Assembly (NCBI GenBank): GCA_002010065.2
Contig: MTMD02000002.1
Span: 544,001 to 608,000 of the forward strand
Direction: 5' to 3'
DNA from: Candidatus Pyrohabitans jungbluthii
GTDB taxonomy: Archaea; Hydrothermarchaeota; Hydrothermarchaeia; Hydrothermarchaeales; BMS3B
DNA: 64,000 bases
This document shows positions 1 through 8,764 of this stretch, piece by piece. Position 1 is the stretch's first letter. Each line of letters starts with the position of its first letter. The notes under the pieces were generated by a model that saw only the letters and a list, made by a program, of their open reading frames with translations, made no database searches and was not told the origin of the DNA. The position numbers and the translations under genes were made by a program.

Positions 1-2
1 AC

Positions 3-2600
3 CCGTGGACCTGCGTTGACTGCCACACCTCTGGTGGAGCCAAGGCGGGTGCTTATGGCGCTCCAATAGTGAGCGAGCACTACCGCAATGGCAGCGAGGT
101 GAAGGCGGTTACGGACGCAGCCAGTGACGTGCTCAGCTGCATTGCGTGCCACCAGAACTCTACCACAGCAAATACCATGATAATCCCGGCAAACGACCCG
201 GATGAGGGCAGCGCTGACATGATTGATGTTGACGGCGACGGCACCAAGGGTGGTAACCTAAGCTTCTACCACTATGGTAAGAATCGTACTGATTTAATCA
301 CAGGAGGAATAACCAGCTGTGAATACTGCCACGTGGGCGGTGGCAATGAGTTTGCCTCGCTCTTCAACAATACTCTAAATACCAACATAACCAACCACAC
401 CGATAACAACAACCCCTACTGCACAGGCTGCCACGGCAGCGGAAGGATTCACGACGCAGCCATCTTCAAGACCAGCGTTACCAACAGCACCTTCTGCGTA
501 AGCTGCCACGGCAGCGATGCTGTGCCAAAGCAAGCTCACGCAACAGACACCAGCGAGAACACTCTCGGTAGCGGTGTGCCCTGCGCCGACTGTCACACCT
601 CAGTGCCCAGAGATATCCATGCAGCGAGGTACATCCTTGCAAATGGCAGCTACTCTGCGCCCTACGATAACTCTACCTATGCGGTTGCCAACTGCGTAGA
701 TTGCCACCAGCCTGGTGGGGTGCCCTCAGCCAACTCCAAGTTCTCCAGTGCACCCATAATTTCCAAGCCCATGAACCACAGCGATAGCAACCTCTCTGGT
801 CAGAAGTGGGGCAACTACTGGGCTCATGGCGATGATCAGAGCACGTGCAACTTCTGTCACGGTGACACCAGACACAACTCCTCTGGCCTGGGCAAGGCGA
901 GAGTGGTTATGGGAAGCAACTCCCTCAACCAGAGCCTTGACGCTGGCATATGGTGTGCAAATTGCCACTACAAGGTTTCGTCCGAGTACAACGAAACTAA
1001 GCTCCTTAACACCTTTGGTGTGCTTCCGCCCGAAATTACCAACTACTCCACGGGTGAGATAAACTTCAGCGATGGTTCAACTTCGCAGAACCATTCTGAG
1101 CTCAACCTGGATAGCAACTATAAGGATTCTCAGTGCGACGGCTGCCACGGCTATAACAACCCGATCAAGACCTCTGGTAGCTTTGTGCACCAGGTTGCGG
1201 TTGGTAACGTGGGTGCCGAGCCCGGCGGTCCTGACTGCGTGAGCTGCCACAAGCCAGGTGGCTATGCAGAAACCTATAACCACTCCATAGATACTGATGT
1301 TATGGAGAGCAGCAGCTACATCCACCGCTACCTCAACAAGGACGCCACCGCAAGCACTTCGCTGAGCACAACCCTCAACAAAGCCTGCTGGGCATGTCAC
1401 GATCCCAAGGGTCAGGGCGTGGAGCCGGGTGCTAAGGAGCACTACAACACCACCACAACGGCGAAGCGCTGCACCGACTGCCACCTGAGCGGTGCCTTTG
1501 GCGCTCCCGTGGTGAGCGAGCACTTCTGGAATGCTCAGGAGATAAAGCTAAATAAGACAACTGCATGTGAGGACTGCCATGCAAGAGCTGAGATGGTGCT
1601 CAACCACACCGACCCCTCACCAAGTATAGCCGAGAATGCCACAATGAACGCTTCCCACTACGGCACGAAGCGCAACGATGTCAAGGCAAAGACAGGCAAC
1701 GGCTACTGTGGCTACTGTCACCAGCAGCAGCATAGCGACTCAACCGCAGCGTTTAACGACCTCTTCAACGATCCGGCGAAGCAGCGCATACCCAGGCACA
1801 GCAACGGCACGAGGCACAACTACGATACCTGCGTGAGGTGTCACAACGCTTACAACAGGAATCTACATGATATAACAGTTATAAAGAACAATATAAACAC
1901 CATAAATTGCTATCTGTGCCATTCTGTAACAGAGGGATGGGCTTATGTCCATGGCTTTGAAAAGAGTAAAACGTTAGACTGCCAGGATTGCCACGTGGGC
2001 GACACAGGTACAATCCATCCGATATCCTACATACGCAGCGACGGTACCTATAAGAACTACTCTGTAACCACGCCGAAGAAGGCTGATTGCGTGGACTGCC
2101 ACCTTGGTTCAAATTCCGCCATAGATACTGCGATGCAGACCTACTATGGTAAGGTTCCGCCAAGATTTGCAACCTTCAAGCACAACCTCTCCACCACCTA
2201 CTGGAGCACAACAAAGCAGGCATGTCTGTACTGCCACAACCCCGTGCACTGGGAGGCGGTTGGTGTTTCCCGCATTGCTGCAGCCAAGGCTGGAACGAAG
2301 TATCGGCAGATAAGGGATGACCACAAGCCTCTCAACAACACCCTCTGGAACACCACATGGTGTGCCTCTTGCCACTACAGCGGCGATAGTGATTACGACG
2401 ACGTACAATACGTCTTAACCAAATCCAGCCTCTACGGGCGCTCACCTCTGCCACCTGTCATAAGCACACCTTCAAGCCACTATGGCGCAGATATTACTGT
2501 AAACTACACCGACGCTAAGTGTGGCGAAAGTACCTGCCATGGTGGAAGCTACACCCCGAGCGACGGGCTTACCCCATTCATGCACAACATAACCAACTGA
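3..2600 (+). CDS. Giant extracellular multiheme cytochrome c (5'-partial; frame open to the window edge)
   Basis: Frame is open upstream of the GTG at 69 (PWTCVDCHTSGG...). 21 CxxCH plus one CX4CH (CGESTCH) lie in the window. Many extra His and N-x-S/T sequons; internal repeat of about 486 aa. Confidence 0.93.
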   Translation, partial: PWTCVDCHTSGGAKAGAYGAPIVSEHYRNGSEVKAVTDAASDVLSCIACHQNSTTANTMIIPANDPDEGSADMIDVDGDGTKGGNLSFYHYGKNRTDLITGGITSCEYCHVGGGNEFASLFNNTLNTNITNHTDNNNPYCTGCHGSGRIHDAAIFKTSVTNSTFCVSCHGSDAVPKQAHATDTSENTLGSGVPCADCHTSVPRDIHAARYILANGSYSAPYDNSTYAVANCVDCHQPGGVPSANSKFSSAPIISKPMNHSDSNLSGQKWGNYWAHGDDQSTCNFCHGDTRHNSSGLGKARVVMGSNSLNQSLDAGIWCANCHYKVSSEYNETKLLNTFGVLPPEITNYSTGEINFSDGSTSQNHSELNLDSNYKDSQCDGCHGYNNPIKTSGSFVHQVAVGNVGAEPGGPDCVSCHKPGGYAETYNHSIDTDVMESSSYIHRYLNKDATASTSLSTTLNKACWACHDPKGQGVEPGAKEHYNTTTTAKRCTDCHLSGAFGAPVVSEHFWNAQEIKLNKTTACEDCHARAEMVLNHTDPSPSIAENATMNASHYGTKRNDVKAKTGNGYCGYCHQQQHSDSTAAFNDLFNDPAKQRIPRHSNGTRHNYDTCVRCHNAYNRNLHDITVIKNNINTINCYLCHSVTEGWAYVHGFEKSKTLDCQDCHVGDTGTIHPISYIRSDGTYKNYSVTTPKKADCVDCHLGSNSAIDTAMQTYYGKVPPRFATFKHNLSTTYWSTTKQACLYCHNPVHWEAVGVSRIAAAKAGTKYRQIRDDHKPLNNTLWNTTWCASCHYSGDSDYDDVQYVLTKSSLYGRSPLPPVISTPSSHYGADITVNYTDAKCGESTCHGGSYTPSDGLTPFMHNITN

Positions 2601-2666
2601 TGAGCAAAAAAGTTAAATATAAAAAAATCTAAAAAATGTTAAAAAACATTAAATATATAGGGTGAA
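2601..2666 (+). promoter_or_regulatory. AT-rich promoter region upstream of the tetraheme cytochromes
   Basis: TTAAATATA at 2613 and 2649, A-tracts starting at 2621/2631/2641, and a GGTGA RBS before the start. Confidence 0.5.
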
Positions 2667-3215
2667 GTGATGAGCGGCCTGCGTATGATGGTGCTGACGC
2701 TGGGATTGATGGCTTTGCTAACCTTAGTCATGCCCACAGCGATGGCTAAGTTCAGCGGCCAGCACCAGTTCGTGAATGGAAGTGAGGTGGATTGCGCAAA
2801 GTGCCATATTGATGTTTATGATGAGCTTACCGCTAACCCCGATGCGCCTCATGCAAACCGGAGCTGTAAGTTCTGCCATACGTGGGGTAATGAGAGTGCC
2901 CCCGGATTCTGGAAGGACCCATTGGGTTTGGATCTTAAATTTCATGCGGCTGCTACTATAGCTTGCGACAATGAATACTGCCATGGCAAGGCAGGAGCTA
3001 ACGTCACCGCTGAAATAACCAACACCTCCGCGGCGCATACGCCCTTCTACGAGAGCATGCACAACGAGCCATACCTCCAGGGCGGCAATGAAGCCTGCGT
3101 TGGCTGCCACACTCAGGTGAAGGTGAACGTCACCATATCTGAAGCCAAGGGCTTCAACATCACTGCAACGAGCAACGGTACCGACTGGAACATAACCTTC
3201 AGCATAGTACCTTAA
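2667..3215 (+). CDS. Secreted tetraheme cytochrome c, ECN (archaeal cytochrome nanowire)-like subunit 1
   Basis: Signal peptide ending AMA|KFSGQH; CAKCH, CKFCH, CDNEYCH, NEACVGCHT; beta-rich C-terminus and no membrane anchor. The ECN relation is recognition, not searched. Confidence 0.85.
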   Translation: MMSGLRMMVLTLGLMALLTLVMPTAMAKFSGQHQFVNGSEVDCAKCHIDVYDELTANPDAPHANRSCKFCHTWGNESAPGFWKDPLGLDLKFHAAATIACDNEYCHGKAGANVTAEITNTSAAHTPFYESMHNEPYLQGGNEACVGCHTQVKVNVTISEAKGFNITATSNGTDWNITFSIVP

Positions 3216-3284
3216 ATAAAATTTAAAGGTAATCGAAAAATATTTAAATAAGTATAAACAAAAACAAAATGGAGGTGAAAACAC

Positions 3285-3827
3285 ATGAGGAGAGTACTAC
3301 TCTTGGTGGGTGTGCTGGCACTGATGATGCTGGTGATGCCCACAGCGATGGCAAAATTCCAGAACCAGCACAGCTTCCTGAACGGCAGCAGCGTAGACTG
3401 TACCAAGTGCCACTCGGACGTCAACACGGAACTTCAGGGAAGTGACGTGAGTGTGCACAAAAATCTTGACTGCAAGGACTGCCACATAGCTCTGGGTCCG
3501 CAGGCAGCGGGCAAGGGATACCACGCTGCCGAGCTGGTGGAGTGTCTCTACTGCCACGATACCAACGCTGGTCAGAATACCACCTGGACTAATCGTCCGA
3601 TACCATCCAACAACGTTACCGCCGAGATAACCCAGACCACGGCAGCGCATAAGCCCTTCTATGAGGCGATGCTCACAGAGACCACGCTCCAGGGTGCCAA
3701 CGAAGCTTGTATAGGCTGCCACACCAATGTGCAGGTGGACGTTGCCATAACCGAACAGACCGGCTACAACATTAGCGCCACCTACGACGGTACCGGCTGG
3801 ACTGTGAGCCTGACAGGCACATTCTAA
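3285..3827 (+). CDS. Secreted tetraheme cytochrome c, ECN-like subunit 2 (paralog of 2667..3215)
   Basis: AMA|KFQNQH; CTKCH, CKDCH, CLYCH, NEACIGCHT; GGAGGTG RBS; colinear with the upstream paralog. Confidence 0.85.
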   Translation: MRRVLLLVGVLALMMLVMPTAMAKFQNQHSFLNGSSVDCTKCHSDVNTELQGSDVSVHKNLDCKDCHIALGPQAAGKGYHAAELVECLYCHDTNAGQNTTWTNRPIPSNNVTAEITQTTAAHKPFYEAMLTETTLQGANEACIGCHTNVQVDVAITEQTGYNISATYDGTGWTVSLTGTF

Positions 3828-3828
3828 G

Positions 3829-3876
3829 CAGGGTTAGCATAACTGCTGCTACCCTTCCCCTCTTTTTTTTATTTTC
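3829..3876 (+). terminator. Probable transcription terminator after the tetraheme pair
   Basis: Imperfect hairpin AGGGTTAGCA...TGCTACCCT followed by CTCTTTTTTTTATTTT. Confidence 0.5.
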
Positions 3877-3899
3877 GTTAAATTTTTGCGAGGGAATTG

Positions 3900-4631
3900 A
3901 TGAATGCCCTTGATATAGTTGTGCTGTTTTACCTTTTGACAATGAGTTTCACCTTCCTAGTGTTCCTGCTCAGTGATAAGTTGTCCCTCCTATTCAAACG
4001 TCTTGTTACTTATGGAAAGCAGCGCAGCTTCCAGAGAAAGGTGGAGAAAAGGTATAGGGAGATGGTGGGTCTGGATAGAATACGCAAACCCACCTTTTCA
4101 GGTGCGATGCTGATAATAATCTTCTACCTCATCTTTGGCGTTTTTGCCATGAACAAGTACCTCTACTTCGCCGCCGTTGCGTCGTACAGCATGTACCCCA
4201 CCCTTGATAAGGGAGACCTTATACTTGTGCAGAGCTTTCACCTTGAGCCCGAAGTTGGAGACATTATCCTCTTCAGCGGTATAGAGGTTGGCGATGAGGA
4301 GAGGCGCGAATTCGTGAGCCACCGGGTTAAGAAAATAGAGGGTGAGAAAATATATACGGGCGGAGATGCTAGAGGTGGTCTTGACCCGTGGGTGGTGCAC
4401 CGGGAGCAGATAGTGGGCAAGGTGGTAACTCTCTTCGGTCAGCCTGTAAAAATCCCCAAGATTGGCGAGTATCTTATTATGGAAGAGGGCAAATCCATGA
4501 GAAACATCCTCCTGCTCCAGTACTTCCTCAATATGAGCAGAATTTACGGTTTTCTGATATTTATCACCGCAATGCTGCTCTACCTCTACCTCACTGCCCG
4601 TGAAGCGAGAAGGCGGGAGGTTAGTATATGA
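3900..4631 (+). CDS. Signal peptidase I (S26, Sec11-type) embedded in the cytochrome cluster
   Basis: SYSMYPTLDKGDLILV (catalytic Ser box), FVSHRV (His), TGGD..DPW, IVGKVV; N- and C-terminal TM segments. Confidence 0.88.
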   Translation: MNALDIVVLFYLLTMSFTFLVFLLSDKLSLLFKRLVTYGKQRSFQRKVEKRYREMVGLDRIRKPTFSGAMLIIIFYLIFGVFAMNKYLYFAAVASYSMYPTLDKGDLILVQSFHLEPEVGDIILFSGIEVGDEERREFVSHRVKKIEGEKIYTGGDARGGLDPWVVHREQIVGKVVTLFGQPVKIPKIGEYLIMEEGKSMRNILLLQYFLNMSRIYGFLIFITAMLLYLYLTAREARRREVSI

Positions 4632-5776
4632 AAACAAAGCACAAGGTCTTGCTTCTTGGTATCATCGCCATAGGCTACTACATGTTCACACTCTCCGTAG
4701 CAGAATTTAGAGGTCAGCACTCCTTCATAGCGGGTGTCCAGGTAAACTGCACCTCCTGCCATGAAAACGCTGCCTCCAACCTCTCCGCCTCTGCCTACCA
4801 CTCCAGCAAGAGCTGCACCTTCTGCCACAGCGTAACCTTTGTAAACAACTCAGCCCACGGTGCCACCACCACCATCGCCTGTACAGACTCGCTCTGCCAT
4901 GCCAACGTCACCGCTAACCTAACCTCCCCCTACGAGGCGCACAGAGACCTGTACCTTAAAGCGGAGGACTACTTCACCGGCACCTACACCTATGGTCCCA
5001 ACGAAGCGTGCATCTTCTGCCATACTAAGTATCGCAAAGAGATAACATTTTACCATCCAGAGTACATCAACTTTACCATTACAACCAACCACACATCCAA
5101 CTCCTCCTGCGACAGTGGCACCGTTAAGACCTTCAACATCACCCGCTTTGTGGTTGGACCACAGGCAACCAGACCACCCGAACTGTTTACCGACACCGGG
5201 AATCTCCACTACTTTATAAACGTTACTCAGATAAGCTGTTCCGCCAGCCCGTGCCATAAACCGATTCAAGACGCTTTAACTTATAGTATACAATATAGAG
5301 CTCACATAAGCGATGTGGAGGACGAAGGTACAGACGTGGGTCACGCTACTTCAAGCTACGACGACTCCTACTGCAAGGACTGCCACTACAACACAGCCTA
5401 TGCCTTTTTATACCCAGGCTTTGTGCACGCCGACGAGGTGCATGCTGCAGAGAAAATAAAATGCACCTCCTGCCACAGCGCTAATTTGAGTGCTCCTTTT
5501 CCCGCGTCGAATCAGGACAACAACGGCACCGAGCACGGGTGCTCCACTCTATACTATGACATAGAGAAGATTCCAATACACTACCAGGCAGATGTTTGTA
5601 TTGCCTGCCACTACCGGTATGTTCACCTGGATACAAATACTGACACATCAGCCTGCGATGCTTGCCATGTCAACAGCAACAATACCGCCTTTAACCTAAC
5701 AGTAGTTTACTATTCGGAATATTCATCAGACCCAGGTTATGTCACCATATCCGTGGTCAATCTGTCAGGCCTATAA
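4628..5776 (+). CDS. Secreted 9-heme cytochrome c (tandem ECN-like domains)
   Basis: Signal peptide then EFRGQHSF; 7 CxxCH plus 2 CX4CH (CTDSLCH, CSASPCH); NEACIFCHT as in the tetraheme paralogs; 4-nt overlap with the peptidase gene. Confidence 0.87.
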   Translation: MKTKHKVLLLGIIAIGYYMFTLSVAEFRGQHSFIAGVQVNCTSCHENAASNLSASAYHSSKSCTFCHSVTFVNNSAHGATTTIACTDSLCHANVTANLTSPYEAHRDLYLKAEDYFTGTYTYGPNEACIFCHTKYRKEITFYHPEYINFTITTNHTSNSSCDSGTVKTFNITRFVVGPQATRPPELFTDTGNLHYFINVTQISCSASPCHKPIQDALTYSIQYRAHISDVEDEGTDVGHATSSYDDSYCKDCHYNTAYAFLYPGFVHADEVHAAEKIKCTSCHSANLSAPFPASNQDNNGTEHGCSTLYYDIEKIPIHYQADVCIACHYRYVHLDTNTDTSACDACHVNSNNTAFNLTVVYYSEYSSDPGYVTISVVNLSGL

Positions 5777-5853
5777 AAAGAGTAACTATTAAGCGGAATG
5801 TAACATTTATTAGACAGGTTAATTAATTAAAATTAATTAGAGGTGAAAAAAGA

Positions 5854-6696
5854 TTGTATGACATGGAAGTAAGGCTTGAGGAGAAGTTTGCCCTCAGTTT
5901 GTTATTTATCGCACCTTTGCTCATGGTTTATTTTCCACTCTATTTCTACTATCACGGCTTCAAACATGGGGACATGGATTTATCACATATAATACTCTCC
6001 GCCCTCCTGTTTTCTCTTGGATTTTATGCTCTTTCAGGCTCGTTCAGGATATATAGTAAAGTTAAAAAACATCTCCACCTTGAGGGAGCCTTTAAAACTC
6101 TAATATTACCTGCAGTGGAGCCCCTTCTCAGGCAGATAGCTCTTCAAACAGTGTCCATGCAGGAACTTGAGAATAAAATCTCGCAAGTCAACCGTTTTCT
6201 GGACAAAATTTCTCCAACTGATAAACCAGCCACATCCAGGGTGCAGTCAGCAGCTTTCCAGAGGAACTCCATAGCTCTCGGCATTTTAACCCTCGCCATT
6301 GCTACCTTCCTGCATCTTACCTCCAGCACCTTCCTCCAGGCTTACATAACCTTTCTACTCTTCTTCGGCTGGTGGCATCTAATAACCTCAGAATTCAACC
6401 TCCACTACTCCATCCGCTCCTACATCACCCTGGCGATTTTCGCCATAGGTGAACTCTTAATACTCTTCTTTCTCCCAACCAAAGGAGTATTCACCAACCT
6501 GTTCTACACCTACCTGAACCTTACCATTATTGTGTATGCCTACTATCGCCTGGCTTTCATAGACTCACCTCGGGTCATTATAGAAAGAAGTTTCATCGCC
6601 TACAGAACTGTTCGACACTTTCTCTCGTTACTTATCCGGGACTTCGTAGGTAGCCACTTTGAATATGGCAAAAAATTTTTAAATAATAAAAAATAA
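5854..6696 (+). CDS. Integral membrane protein of unknown function (paralog A)
   Basis: 2 TM, then a coiled coil, then about 4 TM; GAGGTGA RBS; similar to 6715..7608. Confidence 0.75.
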   Translation: MYDMEVRLEEKFALSLLFIAPLLMVYFPLYFYYHGFKHGDMDLSHIILSALLFSLGFYALSGSFRIYSKVKKHLHLEGAFKTLILPAVEPLLRQIALQTVSMQELENKISQVNRFLDKISPTDKPATSRVQSAAFQRNSIALGILTLAIATFLHLTSSTFLQAYITFLLFFGWWHLITSEFNLHYSIRSYITLAIFAIGELLILFFLPTKGVFTNLFYTYLNLTIIVYAYYRLAFIDSPRVIIERSFIAYRTVRHFLSLLIRDFVGSHFEYGKKFLNNKK

Positions 6697-6714
6697 TTTC
6701 ATAAAGGTGTCCTT

Positions 6715-7608
6715 ATGCGGGAGCGCATAGAACTCAACGAGAAGATTTCCCTTGCCATAGCGGGTTTTGTAGCAGTAGGTATGTTTTTACTATCCATATA
6801 TTCCCTCTTCAAGGATATCTTTATCTCCTTCTCTGCACCTGGGATTCTCTTGGACATAGCCTTTATATTCCTTTCTCTATATCTCGGAAGCGGTATACTG
6901 AAAACTTACAACAGAATTACATACTCTGCCGCTATAGACAGGGAATTCAGAGAGGCTCTTCTAAAGAGGCTTGAGCCTGCCCTCAAAGAGGTTGCAAAGA
7001 GTCATGTGTACCTCCAGGAGCTTGACAAAAAGGTGACACTTCTCTCAAAAAGGGTCTCTACTATAAGTGCCGCATACCCCGCCAGGCCTGCCCGAGCAGC
7101 GCCTGGAGAATTTTCCCCCTTCTTCCAGAGGGCGGTATTCATGAGCCTCCTCACCCTTGGGTCACTGATTTTTGTAAACCTTCGCATAAGCCAGACCGGT
7201 GCTTATGTGGTACTTGTTCTTTTCTTCCTGTGGTGGCTCATAATTACTGATGAATTTGGGCTTTTCGCAGATTTTGGTGCCTATATGTTCATAATAGGCC
7301 CTCTGCTTGTCGTTCCCATAGCTTCAATAATCCTCCTTGCCTATCTTGATGTATTTTACATGCTCATGATTCTTTATCTTGCTCTGGTAATATACGTCTT
7401 ACTTTATTACTCTGCGGCCAGCTATCAGGTTACTGGCAGAATACCCCTGCTTGAGAGAAGCAACTACAACATGTACAGAAATGGCGGTGCTAAGGGTGCA
7501 AACGCTCGCGAGAGGGATGGCGGCTCTCTAATTAACGATAACGGTAGAAAACCCTCCTTCACCAGACGTGTTGTGGAACTTTTGCTGGAAAGGTTAAAGC
7601 ATGGTTAG
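6715..7608 (+). CDS. Integral membrane protein of unknown function (paralog B)
   Basis: Same topology as paralog A; shared segments LEEKFAL/LNEKISL, VEPLLRQIA/LEPALKEVA, FQRN/FQRA, FFGWWHLITSEF/FFLWWLIITDEF. Confidence 0.78.
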   Translation: MRERIELNEKISLAIAGFVAVGMFLLSIYSLFKDIFISFSAPGILLDIAFIFLSLYLGSGILKTYNRITYSAAIDREFREALLKRLEPALKEVAKSHVYLQELDKKVTLLSKRVSTISAAYPARPARAAPGEFSPFFQRAVFMSLLTLGSLIFVNLRISQTGAYVVLVLFFLWWLIITDEFGLFADFGAYMFIIGPLLVVPIASIILLAYLDVFYMLMILYLALVIYVLLYYSAASYQVTGRIPLLERSNYNMYRNGGAKGANARERDGGSLINDNGRKPSFTRRVVELLLERLKHG

Positions 7609-7656
7609 GGCAGAAAAATCACCAGTTTTAAAATTAAAAAGAGGAGCAGGCAGTGT

Positions 7657-8322
7657 ATGAAGGGCGTAATACTTACGGTGGTGATTATGTTAATGATACT
7701 GGCAGCATCTCTGTATGCTCAGGAGGTAGTGGAGATAAGGGAGGAGCAAGCGAAGCTGCTGAAGAGATACACCGCCTTCTCAACCCACTCCGGCTGGATA
7801 TGCAATAAGTGTCATCTTCAGATAATGGGAGAACAGAGGTTCAGGGAGGTGACAGGTGGGTGTTTGTGCCATCGCAGTCCCTATGGTAAACCCGCCAAAG
7901 TTACAATAGAGAATGTCCAGAAATATGCCCACGACGCAAACCACTGCATGCTGTGCCATGCGGGGACAAAGAATGTGAATACTGATGTCTATCACAAAAT
8001 TGTACACTACAACGTATCCTGCAGCAAATGTCACGATATAAGGAAAAAAAATGATGAGTTCGATATAATAAAGCCGAAAAGTACATATTGCAGAGGATGC
8101 CATTCAGAGGATGTGCATGTGGTGCATGGTCTTAGACTGGACAGGCTCTGCGAATACTGCCATGGAAAAGAATTTGCAAGAAAGTATGTGTCCGTGGGGC
8201 TTGAACCACCTGAGGTGAAGTTAGAGAAGAATCAAACCCTGGTAAAACCAAAGGAGGAAGAGAGAGGTGGTATACCATCCATCAGCGAACTCATATTCAA
8301 GATTTTGGACATTATTTTCTGA
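7657..8322 (+). CDS. Multiheme cytochrome c (5 CxxCH plus 1 CxCH)
   Basis: N-terminal signal/anchor; CNKCH, GGCLCH, CMLCH, CSKCH, CRGCH, CEYCH; amphipathic C-terminus ISELIFKILDIIF. Confidence 0.85.
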   Translation: MKGVILTVVIMLMILAASLYAQEVVEIREEQAKLLKRYTAFSTHSGWICNKCHLQIMGEQRFREVTGGCLCHRSPYGKPAKVTIENVQKYAHDANHCMLCHAGTKNVNTDVYHKIVHYNVSCSKCHDIRKKNDEFDIIKPKSTYCRGCHSEDVHVVHGLRLDRLCEYCHGKEFARKYVSVGLEPPEVKLEKNQTLVKPKEEERGGIPSISELIFKILDIIF

Positions 8323-8764
8323 GGTAGCCGCTATTCTCGCGATAATTGCCTTGGTGGCAGGATGCACTCTACCGAAGCAGGAGGAGGTGATTGTGTATAA
8401 GGTTATCGCAGAGATAAATGAGAGTCATCAGATAACCAATGTAACCTGCTACCAGGAGAAACTACCGATAAACAAGGTAAAAATAACCACTGGTGAAGGG
8501 GAACCACCTATGGTTGGAATGAAGGTTTTTGTTGTGGACAATGTCAACAAGAAAATTCACGGCTCCAACTGGGCGCTTATTGCCTATGAAGGACCTGGCA
8601 AATATGAAGCTACATTGTATGTAGAAGACGGATACATTCCGAGTGAGGTAGATGTGGTAGGCTGTTATGTAAAATTGTTGGATAGGTATCTTAAGCCGGT
8701 TTCAATGAGTGGAGGGGAAGCAGAGATAGTATATCCAAGAGAGAAACTGGAGGAGAGCAAATGA
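8267..8764 (+). CDS. Putative lipoprotein (start uncertain)
   Basis: Hydrophobic stretch ending LVAGC (lipobox-like), followed by a beta-rich domain; overlaps both neighbours. Confidence 0.6.
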   Translation: MVYHPSANSYSRFWTLFSEVAAILAIIALVAGCTLPKQEEVIVYKVIAEINESHQITNVTCYQEKLPINKVKITTGEGEPPMVGMKVFVVDNVNKKIHGSNWALIAYEGPGKYEATLYVEDGYIPSEVDVVGCYVKLLDRYLKPVSMSGGEAEIVYPREKLEESK

